Counted from the stretch's first letter, positions 7,295 to 16,549 are shown. The stretch is 32,000 nt of DNA from Microcystis aeruginosa NIES-2549 (GCF_000981785.2 NZ_CP011304.1:570001-602000), one strand, 5' to 3'. A program made the numbers and translations. Notes: a model not told the origin generated them from the letters alone.

Positions 7295-8104
7295 ATGACG
7301 ATTGCCAAAAGCGACGAAACTGCCACCTCTCCGGCACTGATAGAAGAAGATTTCGAGGACTTCTGGGAACCCGCCCCACCCCCCACAGACTTAATTTTTG
7401 ATGATGGTGAACCCTTGGAAAGCAACCGACACCGCATTGCCATGAATGTGCTGATTCGCTCCCTACAGCAAGGTTACGGCGAGCGAGACGACTTCTACAC
7501 CAGTGGCAATATGTTTATTTATTTCAGCCGCGAACAGGCGAAAAATCGCGATTTTCGCGGGCCCGATTTCTTCGCCGTCCTCAATGTTGATGGCAAGAGA
7601 GAGCGACAGGGTTGGGTAATTTGGGAAGAAGAGGGACGTTATCCCGACGTTATCGTGGAATTAACATCTTCTAGTACCGCTAAGACCGATAAAGTGCGAA
7701 AAAAAGCCATTTATGAGGGAACCTTCCGCACACCAGATTATTTCATCTACGATCCTTTTGATGCCAATTCTTTACAAGGATGGCATTTAGGGGCCGACCA
7801 ACGCTACCATTCTTTAGAACGAAACGAGCGCGGCTGGTTATGGTGCGAAACTTTAGGCTATTGGTTGGGAACTTGGGAGGGGACTATTGACCGAGAAACG
7901 GCAATTTGGGTGAGATTTTATGACCCAGAAGGCAAATTAATCCCCTTGCCAGAAGAAGCGGCCCAGGAACAAGCGGCTGCGGCACAGGAGCAGGCAGCCG
8001 CAGCACAGGAGCAATTAAATGCTACTCAGCAAGCTCTGGAAGCGGAAAGACAGCGTTCTCAACAGCTGGCGGCTCGTTTGCGAGAAATGGGGATAGAGCT
8101 ATAG
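7295..8104 (+). CDS. Uma2-family (DUF820) putative endonuclease with a C-terminal Q/A/E coiled-coil tail
   Basis: GEPLESNRHRIAMNVLIRSL, NMFIYF, PDFFAVLNV and PDVIVELTSSST...K..Y match the Uma2/PD-(D/E)xK layout abundant in cyanobacteria. The tail is EEAAQEQAAAAQEQAAAAQEQ. Confidence 0.8.
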   Translation: MTIAKSDETATSPALIEEDFEDFWEPAPPPTDLIFDDGEPLESNRHRIAMNVLIRSLQQGYGERDDFYTSGNMFIYFSREQAKNRDFRGPDFFAVLNVDGKRERQGWVIWEEEGRYPDVIVELTSSSTAKTDKVRKKAIYEGTFRTPDYFIYDPFDANSLQGWHLGADQRYHSLERNERGWLWCETLGYWLGTWEGTIDRETAIWVRFYDPEGKLIPLPEEAAQEQAAAAQEQAAAAQEQLNATQQALEAERQRSQQLAARLREMGIEL

Positions 8105-8301
8105 TATAGCTGTATTTGTTTAGGTGAGGAGGTAAACTGCTCCTGTTCCTCCTCGTTCAAAGTCGGTTAATTTCCCCTTTCACGGTTGAGGAAGCCTGCA
8201 ATCCCAGTGTATTTGAAATCTAGCGCGACACCTGTTTGCTGCTGTGATTACCTTTCGACCAGTCGGTAATTATTGATCAGAGTTTTCTTGGATTCTTCCT
8301 T

Positions 8302-8363
8302 AAACAGTAAACAGTGAACTGAAAACTCAAATCTGATAACTGATAACTGATAATTGATAACTG
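8302..8363. repeat. Heptamer (STRR-like) array (CTGATAA)n with a 17-mer anchor
   Basis: aaacagtaaacagtgaactgaaaactcaaat is followed by ctgataa x3, ttgataa and ctg. The anchor CAGTGAACTGAAAACTC lies at 8312-8328. Confidence 0.9.
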
Positions 8364-8399
8364 TCTCAACTAGGAAATTTATTTGGCACGACTACTTAT

Positions 8400-9773
8400 A
8401 TGTCTAATCTATCTTTTGGCGCACAACCTCCTCTAGAATTTATACCCCCTGACCTTAATCCCTTGCTTTTAAAGGGATGTCAAATCTTTTTACCTCTCTG
8501 GTTACAAACTAAAACCAATTTAAGAGAAATTTCCGCCGCCAATCTAGAAACTTTAATCACATTTTATCAAAAAAGTCAAGAGAAAAAAGTCCGTTTACTG
8601 CTGGCTTTTCGTCATCCTAGTATTAACGATCCCTACTGTATGGCCTATCTTTTGTGGAAATTAGTACCCAAAAAAGCCCAAGAGTTAGGAATAAAATTAC
8701 CGGCACCGACTCACGCTCATTTTATGTACGATCGAGGGATTCCTTTATGGGCTGGAGAAAGGGTAGGATGGTTATATTCTAAGTTGGGTGGCACACCAAT
8801 TCAACGGGGAAAAGCCGATTTAATCGGATTGCGTTCGGCTCGTCGTTTATTATTAGAAGGAGATTATCCTCTAGCTGCCGCTCCAGAAGGGGCAACTAAC
8901 GGACATAATGAGCTTGTCAGTGCTATTGAACCGGGTATTTCTCAATTAGCTTTTTGGGGTGTGGATGATGTCAGAAAAGCTAAACAACAGCAGGAAGTAA
9001 TTATTTTACCCATTGGTATTCAGTATTTTTATCTAACTCCAGTCTGGCAAGAAATCGAGCAAATTTTAACTAATTTAGAAACCGATAGCGGTTTACAACC
9101 AATCCCGAATTCATCCCTAGAAGAAAAGGTTTTATACGAGCGTCTTTTTCGGTTAGGAGAAAGATTATTATCCTTAATGGAGGATTTTTATCGAGATTTC
9201 TACTATCAATCTTTGCCTGTAGTACCTGCCAATGGCGATGATCCAAACGAAACCCTAGCCAAACGTTTAGCCAATTTATTAGATGTGGCCCTACAAACCG
9301 CAGAAAAGTATTTTAATATTTCTCCTAATGGTAATGTGATCGATCGCTGTCGTCGTTTGGAACAAGCAGGATGGGAACGCATTTATCGGGAAGAATTAAA
9401 ACCCACTCATTCTATTTCTCCCCTTGAATTAGGATTAGCTGATCGCCTGGCCGATGAAGCTAATTTAAAAATGTGGCACATGAGAATTGTGGAAAGTTTT
9501 GTGTCAGTAACTGGTTATTATGTCAAGGAAAAACCCACTGTAGAAAGATTTGCCGAGACAATTTTATTACTCTGGGATTTAGTGACAAGAATTAAAGGAG
9601 GTAATCCCTTTTTCCGTCCCCAAATTGGTCAACAAAAAGCGATAATAACTATCGGTAAACCTATTTCCGTATCCGATCGCTATGGCGATTATAAAAGTGA
9701 TCGACGCTCGGCCGTAGCACAATTAACCCAAGATTTACAAACCAGTTTAGAAAGTTTAATTATTCATCAGTAG
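8400..9773 (+). CDS. Phospholipid/glycerol acyltransferase family protein (PlsC-like)
   Basis: The HX4D motif (FRHPSINDP) and the PEG motif (AAPEGATNG) are present. 457 aa. Confidence 0.7.
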   Translation: MSNLSFGAQPPLEFIPPDLNPLLLKGCQIFLPLWLQTKTNLREISAANLETLITFYQKSQEKKVRLLLAFRHPSINDPYCMAYLLWKLVPKKAQELGIKLPAPTHAHFMYDRGIPLWAGERVGWLYSKLGGTPIQRGKADLIGLRSARRLLLEGDYPLAAAPEGATNGHNELVSAIEPGISQLAFWGVDDVRKAKQQQEVIILPIGIQYFYLTPVWQEIEQILTNLETDSGLQPIPNSSLEEKVLYERLFRLGERLLSLMEDFYRDFYYQSLPVVPANGDDPNETLAKRLANLLDVALQTAEKYFNISPNGNVIDRCRRLEQAGWERIYREELKPTHSISPLELGLADRLADEANLKMWHMRIVESFVSVTGYYVKEKPTVERFAETILLLWDLVTRIKGGNPFFRPQIGQQKAIITIGKPISVSDRYGDYKSDRRSAVAQLTQDLQTSLESLIIHQ

Positions 9774-9810
9774 ATAATTAGGGTTTGCTGAAAAAGTTTG
9801 TTGGTGGAGT

Positions 9811-9866
9811 CAGTTATCAGTTATCAGTTATCAGTTATCAGTTATCAGTTATCAGTTATCAGTTCA
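9811..9866. repeat. Heptamer array (CAGTTAT) x7 plus one degenerate unit; reverse complement of the 8333-8363 array
   Basis: There are seven perfect cagttat units at 9811-9859, then cagttca. Confidence 0.95.
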
Positions 9867-9888
9867 CTGAGAAAACACCCCACACCCC

Positions 9889-9980
9889 TAGGGTTAATTC
9901 ATAGTAGGGTTAATTCATGGTAGGGTTAATTCATGGTAGGGTTGATTCATGGTAGGGTTGATTCATGAATCAACCCTACC
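9889..9980. repeat. 16-nt tandem repeat (GGGTTRATTCATGGTA, about 4.75 copies) ending in a 30-nt palindrome
   Basis: Units start at 9891, 9907, 9923, 9939 and 9955. The terminal sequence ggtagggttgattc-at-gaatcaaccctacc (9951-9980) is a perfect inverted repeat. The array is flanked on both sides by cacacccc. Confidence 0.9.
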
Positions 9981-10159
9981 CACACCCCACTTCCCGACGC
10001 AAAACTTTTTCACCTAGCTCTAGTATAGGAGATAGTACGGGAATCTGGAAAAACTCAGTACCGAAAACCCTACCCCGGTCAGAGAATCTTTTATCTATCC
10101 TAAAAGTGTAGAGATAAACCAACATCTCTAGCGTTAAGAAAACTTCGGAGGTGACTTAT

Positions 10160-10621
10160 ATGGCACTTATACGTTGGGAACCTTTCAGAGAAGTAGAAGG
10201 CCTACAAAAAGAAATGAATCGCTTGTTTGACCGTCTTGTGCCGACTCATTTGGGTGATGGTGAAAAAATGGGGTTATCCTTCATCCCAGCGGCGGAAATG
10301 ACCGAAACGCCAGAGGCAGTTCAGCTTAAACTGGAAATACCTGGTATGGAAGCCAAAGACCTCAACGTGGAAGTAACAGCCGATAGTCTGACCATTAATG
10401 GTGAAAGAAAATCGGAAATTAAAACCGAAGAAGAAGGATTTACCCGCACTGAGTTCCGTTATGGTAAATTCCATCGAGTTATTCCTCTACCGGTTCAGGT
10501 TGATAATACTAACGTGACCGCTGAATACAAAGATGGTATTCTCAATCTCACCCTCCCGAAAGCGGAAGAAGAGAAAAATAAAGTGGTGAAAGTGTCCATC
10601 AGTCCTGCCATTGCTCAATGA
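10160..10621 (+). CDS. hspA: Small heat-shock protein, Hsp20/alpha-crystallin family
   Basis: MALIRWEPFREVEGLQKEMNRLFD is followed by the alpha-crystallin core (AEMTETPEAVQLKLEIPGM...GILNLTLPK). ATG at 10160 follows ggagg (10147-10151), so the GTG at 10151 in the track is probably too early. Confidence 0.9.
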   Translation: MALIRWEPFREVEGLQKEMNRLFDRLVPTHLGDGEKMGLSFIPAAEMTETPEAVQLKLEIPGMEAKDLNVEVTADSLTINGERKSEIKTEEEGFTRTEFRYGKFHRVIPLPVQVDNTNVTAEYKDGILNLTLPKAEEEKNKVVKVSISPAIAQ

Positions 10622-10678
10622 TGTAGCACTCATTGTCTGGTCTTGAGCGAAAGAGTTGACCTAGTCTGATTAAACCAA

Positions 10679-10706
10679 AGCGGGAGTATTAAATCATACT
10701 TCCGCT
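10679..10706. terminator. Hairpin between convergent hspA and the DUF790 gene (possible bidirectional terminator)
   Basis: agcgggagta-(8 nt)-tacttccgct forms a 10-bp stem with one G.U, followed by ttt. Confidence 0.4.
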
Positions 10707-10723
10707 TTTAGCTTCCTAACCTT

Positions 10724-11938
10724 TTAATTTAAAACTTCTAACACTGCTTGGGGTGATAATTTATCTTTAAACCAGATAACCTGAGCGGGTAGATTTTGGA
10801 ATTTAACTCCAGCTTTTTCGAGATTTAACCGTTCCGATACGGCTAAAATTAGATTATTTGCTTGGGCCGATTTAACCTGTAAAAATTTCTTTTGTAGGTA
10901 TTCTGGTCGCCAATAACCAACAATTTCTAGGAGAAAAACGCGACCATCGGGATGCACTAAACGGAAATCGGGAATCATCACTCCTCCGGGTAAAGGCACT
11001 AAATCCACTTCCCTTTCTAACTGCCATTCAGTTTTTAACTGTAACCAACGTTTAGCGAAAGATTCCTCTAACATACTATCGTAGGGTTTACCCGGGGAAT
11101 AGTGGGACACCAGACCACAGTTATCCTCTAAATTGAACTGTTGTTTTTTAATAGTTCCTGTGTAGGAATCTTTGTACTGTAATTGTGCCTTCAGATTCCA
11201 GTGAGTAACATGGAGTAAGGCAGGAATTAATTTAGCGATTTCAATGCCATAACGACTATTAGCTTTAAATAAACTGGTGGGACCATCGATAGTAATAGTA
11301 AATCCCGTGTCGGCATCCCCTTCGATATAAGTCATTAAACGAAATAGTTTTAGATAGCGAAAGAGATATTTATATTCCCCCGGATCGTTGCGGTGGACGT
11401 TGATAATTAAATAACTGGCCCGATAAAAAATCCCTTGAATTTGGGAGAGGTTAAAACGATGAATTAGGTTTTCGGGGGTGGGAGCATCAAATTGAGTGAG
11501 AATTTTATTCTCTGCTAAATCAGCATAGAGTCCTTTTTCTAGAGCCACTGGAAAAATTTCTTGATTTAATTCTTGGCTGAGTTGCTGGGCAATTTTTCCC
11601 AGAATTAGCGATCGATTTTGGGGAATAGGAACAAAGTTGGCCGCTTGTTCAAAAACTCTTTTTCTTAATTCCTGCGGTTCTAAGGGACTAATAATCTCAA
11701 AGGTGGCAAAATGATTGGTTAATAGGTGAGCAAATCCCCGTTTAATTTTATAATCGGGACTGTCTCCCTCCAAGATTAGGAGTTTTTGGCTTAATTCTCC
11801 CTTAGTTGCACCGATACTTTCCTGAAAACAGGTGATTTGTTCTTTGGCGATCGCCAGATAATCGCCAGCGAGGGGTAAGCGTTTAGGAATAATTGTCTCG
11901 CCATTTTGACGGGAAATCAATAAATCGGTCGGTAACAT
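10724..11938 (-). CDS. DUF790-family (Bax1-like) putative endonuclease
   Basis: The N-terminus is MLPTDLLISRQNGETIIP. The C-terminus VMIPDFRLVHPDGRVFLLEIVGYWRPEYLQKK matches, from memory, the conserved DUF790 nuclease core (PDF...EIVGxWxPEYL). Confidence 0.65.
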   Translation of the reverse strand: MLPTDLLISRQNGETIIPKRLPLAGDYLAIAKEQITCFQESIGATKGELSQKLLILEGDSPDYKIKRGFAHLLTNHFATFEIISPLEPQELRKRVFEQAANFVPIPQNRSLILGKIAQQLSQELNQEIFPVALEKGLYADLAENKILTQFDAPTPENLIHRFNLSQIQGIFYRASYLIINVHRNDPGEYKYLFRYLKLFRLMTYIEGDADTGFTITIDGPTSLFKANSRYGIEIAKLIPALLHVTHWNLKAQLQYKDSYTGTIKKQQFNLEDNCGLVSHYSPGKPYDSMLEESFAKRWLQLKTEWQLEREVDLVPLPGGVMIPDFRLVHPDGRVFLLEIVGYWRPEYLQKKFLQVKSAQANNLILAVSERLNLEKAGVKFQNLPAQVIWFKDKLSPQAVLEVLN

Positions 11939-12015
11939 GGCAAGCTAGAGAGGAATAATCAGATGGGGAGAGGTGGGACGACAAGGAAAGTCGAAACCCC
12001 AAAAATCCCCCGCTT

Positions 12016-12360
12016 CTAACTATTTTGGTCGATATAACGCTCTAAATCTTCGATCACACGGGTTAATTCTGCTTCTGTGGTTAAGCGTAGGCGATCATCA
12101 CGAACCGTTAGCAAAACTTTAGCCGAAAAAGGATTCGGATAAATATTGGGATTACAAAACACTTCCAGAAACACATCACCAGTGTGCTGATATTCCAGCG
12201 GTTTTTGGGGTTGGGGTTTACCCCCACTAGAGGCATTACTGGCGATCGCTTTTAGGCGATCGAGTAAAATGTTAATTTCCCTTTGCAAATCCAGAGCAGC
12301 ACTGGGACTGAAACGAAAAGTAACGGAACCTTGCAAGAGATTAAGAGTTAAAGGAATCAT
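12016..12360 (-). CDS. Hypothetical protein (114 aa), same strand and 77 nt upstream of the DUF790 gene
   Basis: A clean ATG ORF. The only overlapping ORF is the 62-aa opposite-strand 12269..12457. I recognise no motif. Confidence 0.45.
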   Translation of the reverse strand: MIPLTLNLLQGSVTFRFSPSAALDLQREINILLDRLKAIASNASSGGKPQPQKPLEYQHTGDVFLEVFCNPNIYPNPFSAKVLLTVRDDRLRLTTEAELTRVIEDLERYIDQNS

Positions 12361-12444
12361 GGAAAAAATCAGGTTAGGAGAAGGCCTGAAGTCAATTATA
12401 TTAATTTGTGGAAATTTGGGGAAATTGGGTTTTGGGGGATTGTT

Positions 12445-12479
12445 CAGTCATCAGTAATCAGTAAACAGTAATCAGTGAG
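12445..12479. repeat. Heptamer array (CAGTNAN x5)
   Basis: The units are cagtcat cagtaat cagtaaa cagtaat cagtgag. Confidence 0.85.
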
Positions 12480-12589
12480 GTTCTTCGTTACTTGGTCTGG
12501 TTCGATCGGGTGATCGCTAAATGTCTTTCTCTATAATAGTTTCATCCCTTATAACCCCGTCCATTCCATAACAGGAACCGAAAGGCCAT

Positions 12590-12665
12590 CAGTGAACTGA
12601 AAACTCACCACTGATAACTGATAACTGATAACTGATAACTGATAACTGATCACTGATCACTGAAG
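12590..12665. repeat. 17-mer anchor plus (CTGATAA)x5 and (CTGATCA)x2 array, abutting the stop codon of the 64-aa ORF
   Basis: CAGTGAACTGAAAACTC lies at 12590-12606 and the heptamers at 12611-12659. The array is in inverted orientation relative to 12445-12479. Confidence 0.95.
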
Positions 12666-12860
12666 TTACCGACGCGGAACGAGATTAATCCGGCCTTCGT
12701 CCATTTCATCCATGAGTAACTCTAGGGCCTCGTAATCCACATCGGAAACGTAGCCAAGACGAGCGAGGAGTTCATTAATTCCATTCTCGATTTCTGGCGT
12801 GATTTGACGATAATATAGGGCTTTTTCCACTAATTGGCGGATAGTCGGCTGGGTATCCAC
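12666..12860 (-). CDS. Hypothetical small protein (64 aa, GTG start)
   Basis: The ORF is the only support. The acidic C-terminal half (DVDYEALELLMDEMDEGR) looks protein-like. I recognise no family. Confidence 0.4.
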   Translation of the reverse strand: MDTQPTIRQLVEKALYYRQITPEIENGINELLARLGYVSDVDYEALELLMDEMDEGRINLVPRR

Positions 12861-13219
12861 AATTTTCTTACTCTAGTTCGATAAATCTAGTTTCCGTATC
12901 CTGCTTTACTTTATTTCAGCAAAAATACCGGTAGAATACTGGGTCATCGTCAGTCATTCGGGATTAGAGCTTAAACCTAGCGACTTTACCCTGATGTTCC
13001 CCCTAGTAAGCCTTGATAACTGTTCCTCTCTAGCGCCTGGATTATAAGGTTAACCTAAAAGTGGTTCCTACCTACAGGGGTCAAGATTAAAAAAAGATTA
13101 ATCTTTTCAGGAGAGAGAAAATTGATCAAGACCGGGGTTGCAAAATCAGAAAGTTAGGACATAATAGCGGTATCTGATTTCCAGTTAAAAGGTTCATTTA
13201 TGAATTTAAAAGCCAAGCC

Positions 13220-13570
13220 ATGAAAAGTCGCGTAAAAGTCCCAGAAATAGCTCTATTTGAGCCAAGTGGCTATATTACCGCCGCTAACGTCCTAGAATTT
13301 CAAGAGCAGCTCACCAATCTGGTTAACCAGAGTAGCTCTGTCACTTTTCTCGTGGATATGAGTAGGGTGGAATTCCTCGACAGCGCCGGATTAATGGCTT
13401 TAGTTACCGCCTTTCGTCTGGCTCAAAGTCAAGAAAAATCCCTCAATATTTGTTCTATTCCACCTTCAGTCAAGATTATCTTTGAATTAACCCAACTGGA
13501 CCGGGTTCTCTCGATTTTCCCTAGCCGTGCGGACTTTGATGCTGTCATCACCCTCCCCCAAGCGGCGTAA
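13220..13570 (+). CDS. STAS-domain anti-sigma-factor antagonist (SpoIIAA-like)
   Basis: 116 aa, with the FLDSAGLMALV motif (phosphorylatable Ser context) and an IFELTQLDRVL helix. Confidence 0.85.
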   Translation: MKSRVKVPEIALFEPSGYITAANVLEFQEQLTNLVNQSSSVTFLVDMSRVEFLDSAGLMALVTAFRLAQSQEKSLNICSIPPSVKIIFELTQLDRVLSIFPSRADFDAVITLPQAA

Positions 13571-13695
13571 GCCGACAAAATAGCGTTTCTCGCCGTAATT
13601 TCTCGGCTACAATCTGAATTCTACCCGTAAATCACCTCTTGACCGGGCAGATTGCCATTTACATTACCGACTCCTCAGGACAACAATTTTTCTCA

Positions 13696-13729
13696 AGGAG
13701 AGCCATTATACTGTTGAGATGGCTCTCCT
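13696..13729 (+). terminator. Strong hairpin (11-bp perfect stem) followed by ccttttggg
   Basis: aggagagccat-(12 nt)-atggctctcct lies 126 nt after the STAS stop and 134 nt before the next start codon. Confidence 0.5.
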
Positions 13730-13862
13730 CCTTTTGGGATATTATTTCGGGGGGCAAACTACCATACACTTGTTGGGAGCAGCTCACAAAAGACTGTCTA
13801 TTAAGAAATTCCATGACTTTAGTAATGACAGGGGGGAAGGGGGCCAAGATGGTAGATAGGTA

Positions 13863-14792
13863 ATGAGTAGTAATTTCCTAGAATCCATGACAGTCAACAA
13901 TCTCCAGTATGCTTATTTTCCCGGTTGTGTCGCTCAAGGTGCCTGTCGGGAACTATATTTATCCACGGCAGCCCTGACGGAAGCTTTGGGGATTAATTTA
14001 GTCGAACTCAAAAAAGCTGCCTGTTGTGGTTCGGGAACCTATAAGGAAGATTCGCAACTCTTGGAAGATGCCGTCAATGCGCGCAATATTGCCCTAGCGG
14101 AAGCCCTCAATTTACCCCTATTGACTCACTGTAGCACCTGTCAAGGAGTGATCGGTCATGTGGATGAGCGCTTGAAGGAAGCAAAGCATAATAATCCCAA
14201 TTATGTTGAGGAAGTTAATAATTATTTACAGAAAGAACATTGTTCCCCCTACCAAGGTACGACGACGGTTAAGCACCTACTCTGGGCAATTGTCGGCGAT
14301 TATGGCTTAGATAATCTGGCGGCCAAGGTAGTCCGTCCCTTATCAGGCTTAAATTGTGCCGGTTTTTATGGTTGTTATCTCTTGCGGGCCCAGGATACTC
14401 TCCCCTACGATAATCCTTTTCAGCCGGAATCTCTAGAAAATGTCTTTCGGGCCGTGGGGGCGAATCCGATTTATTATCAAGGACGCACCCAATGCTGTGG
14501 TTGGCCCCTGTCCAGTTATGCCACCACCCAATCGTTCCAAATGGCAGGAAAACACATTTTAGAGGCCATGGCAGCGGGGGCCGATTGTTTAGTCACCCCT
14601 TGTCCTTTATGCCATCTTAATCTTGATTCCCGACAACCGGAAGTGGCAAAAGTGATCGGTCGAAGTTTAGGTTTACCTGTGTTACATTTTTCCCAATTAG
14701 TCGCTTTAGCGCTCGGAGTCAGTCCTGATCGTTTAGGATTAGATCGACACATAGTTTCGACCAAATCCCTCTTAAAGAAATTGGGGTTTTAG
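13863..14792 (+). CDS. HdrB-like protein with two CCG cysteine-rich domains (heterodisulfide reductase B / type-E succinate:quinone oxidoreductase SdhE-like)
   Basis: Two CX(n)CCGX(n)CXXC modules are present: [10 protein letters not shown]...AACCGSG...HCSTCQG and FYGCYLL...TQCCGWP...TPCPLCHLN. Confidence 0.8.
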   Translation: MSSNFLESMTVNNLQYAYFPGCVAQGACRELYLSTAALTEALGINLVELKKAACCGSGTYKEDSQLLEDAVNARNIALAEALNLPLLTHCSTCQGVIGHVDERLKEAKHNNPNYVEEVNNYLQKEHCSPYQGTTTVKHLLWAIVGDYGLDNLAAKVVRPLSGLNCAGFYGCYLLRAQDTLPYDNPFQPESLENVFRAVGANPIYYQGRTQCCGWPLSSYATTQSFQMAGKHILEAMAAGADCLVTPCPLCHLNLDSRQPEVAKVIGRSLGLPVLHFSQLVALALGVSPDRLGLDRHIVSTKSLLKKLGF

Positions 14793-14814
14793 AACTCAAT
14801 CAGGAGTGTTAGCA

Positions 14815-15147
14815 ATGGATTGGTTAAAAAGAATTTTTGGCTTAGATAAACCGGCCAATGCCTCTAGTGCGATCGCAGGTAAAGCTGCTGCTGCGGGTAT
14901 TCCCCCCGAAAGAGTCGGATTAGACGGAAAATACGACGAAAGCGGCCTAGCTAAACGAGTAGTTTTAGCTTTTGACGAGACACCGGATTTAGCTGATGAA
15001 GACAAATTGTGGGTCGCTCAAACTGGCAGTAAAGTTGTACTAAAAGGCAAGGTTGCCAATCAGGCGACTTTAAATAAAATGGTGGCCATTGCCAGTAAAG
15101 TCCCTGGGGCAACCAGCGTCGATACCAGTCAAGTAACTATTGGGTGA
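14815..15147 (+). CDS. BON-domain protein
   Basis: The C-terminus GSKVVLKGKVANQATLNKMVAIASKVPGATSVDTSQVTI fits the BON pattern. ATG at 14815 follows aggag (14802-14806). The track start at 14806 is a GTG inside the RBS. Confidence 0.6.
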   Translation: MDWLKRIFGLDKPANASSAIAGKAAAAGIPPERVGLDGKYDESGLAKRVVLAFDETPDLADEDKLWVAQTGSKVVLKGKVANQATLNKMVAIASKVPGATSVDTSQVTIG

Positions 15148-15173
15148 AGTCGAACGGCTATATAGCAGTAATA

Positions 15174-15199
15174 GTAGGTTGATTCATGAATCAACCTAC
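15174..15199. repeat. 26-nt palindrome related to the terminal palindrome of the 16-mer array
   Basis: gtaggttgattc-at-gaatcaacctac shares the core ttgattcatgaatcaa with 9951-9980. It lies 27 nt after the BON gene stop. Confidence 0.8.
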
Positions 15200-15361
15200 A
15201 AAGCACGACGTTTTGAAAAATTTTCAGATATTTATTCCGAGAAATCGACTAAAAACGTTGCCAGATAAGGATTTGAGAGAATGACATAAGAGAGAATGAA
15301 ACAACCCTAGGGGGCAGGGGGGATCAAACCTAAAATCCATTTTTAATTTAATTATAACCAG

Positions 15362-16549
15362 CTAATTAGGATAAACTCGCCCTTTCCAACCTCCCCCTTG
15401 ACCGCGCCAATAACGGAGGGCAGAATCCACAGTCATTAAACTATAAAAGAGGGCAATTAGGGGTAAAGTTAAAGCCCGCAGAGGGGATAATTTATATAGT
15501 CTTAAAGTCGGGCTATAGGAGAGGGCGATTAGTAATAAGGTGACGGCGCTAATTATAATAATTGATCTTTCTTTTAAGACCAATCCCCAGATTAAGCCCA
15601 AGGGGGCAGCTAAATAGGTTAAAAACATCCCGAAAATTGTCCCTATTAACCAAAGTATTGAGTAATTTAGTTGTGTAAAGGCGGTGCGTGCTACCATATT
15701 CCAAATGCTGGCTAAATCGGGATAGGGACGGAGACTATAGGTGGTTTCTGTTAATCCTAGCCAGATAGATTTATCGGTATTTTCGGGGTGATTTTGTAGA
15801 TATTTTTTAACGGCAATTGCCAAGGAACAATCATCAATCAAAGCTTGTTTAAGAATCTCAATACCGCCAATTTTTTCTAGTGTATCTCGGCGAATTAAAA
15901 TGCAACCCCCGGCGGCGGCTGCTATCGGGGAGTTAGGGTTATTAACTAGGGCAAAAGGATAGAGTTTCTCGAAGAAAAAAACAAAGGCAGGAATAAGAAA
16001 TTTTTCCCAAAAACTGTCACAGCGTAGCAACACCATCAGGGAAACTAAAGCTTGTTTTTCTTGTACTGCTTTAGTAACTAATTGGGTTAAATTATCTGGT
16101 GCGTGGGCAATATCGGCATCGGTGAAGAGAAAATAATCGGGTGCAAATTTCTCGGTAGCCTCTGTTATTCCCTGTTTCATTGCCCATAATTTACCCGTCC
16201 ATCCTATCTCTAAAGGTTGTCCATAAATAATAGTTATCTGGTCAGATTTATGAGATTGATCAGCAATTTTTTGAGCAACTTTTCCCGTACCATCACTGCT
16301 TTGATCGTCAATTAAAATAATGGAAAATTCTCCTTGATAATCTTGGTTAAAGAGGGAAGCTAAACTGATGGGTAAAACGTCGGCTTCGTTTCGTGCGGGG
16401 ATAATTGCCGAGACTTTTGGATAATTTGTTAAAGGAGAAGTGACAGGATTAATTTTTTGGTTAGATAGCCAAAATTGTCCCCTAGCTAAGATTAAATATA
16501 ACCAAATTATCAACGATAGAGAGGTAACTAATAATAAGAAAAATGTCAT
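15362..16549 (-). CDS. Family-2 glycosyltransferase, membrane-anchored
   Basis: VSAIIPARNE, ILIDDQSSDGT and FTDADIAH (DxD-type) are present, with N- and C-terminal TM helices. The architecture resembles HpnB-like GT2 enzymes, but I cannot confirm that. Confidence 0.8.
   Translation of the reverse strand: MTFFLLLVTSLSLIIWLYLILARGQFWLSNQKINPVTSPLTNYPKVSAIIPARNEADVLPISLASLFNQDYQGEFSIILIDDQSSDGTGKVAQKIADQSHKSDQITIIYGQPLEIGWTGKLWAMKQGITEATEKFAPDYFLFTDADIAHAPDNLTQLVTKAVQEKQALVSLMVLLRCDSFWEKFLIPAFVFFFEKLYPFALVNNPNSPIAAAAGGCILIRRDTLEKIGGIEILKQALIDDCSLAIAVKKYLQNHPENTDKSIWLGLTETTYSLRPYPDLASIWNMVARTAFTQLNYSILWLIGTIFGMFLTYLAAPLGLIWGLVLKERSIIIISAVTLLLIALSYSPTLRLYKLSPLRALTLPLIALFYSLMTVDSALRYWRGQGGGWKGRVYPN

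Noticed and set aside
9811-9980. I considered a CRISPR array because of the dense direct repeats.
   Set aside because: The units are 7 nt and 16 nt and are contiguous with no unique spacers. No cas genes are nearby. These are simple tandem (STRR-like) repeats.
10109-10162. I considered an RNA-thermometer-type 5'UTR for the hsp20 gene.
   Set aside because: The only clear stem (tagagat/atctcta, 10109-10130) does not pair with the ggagg SD at 10147-10151, so there is no sequence support for SD occlusion.
13639-13863. I considered the 74-aa + ORF and the antisense 62-aa ORF (13659-13847).
   Set aside because: They overlap each other across the strong hairpin at 13696-13729. Their composition is not protein-like and neither has an ATG with an RBS context.
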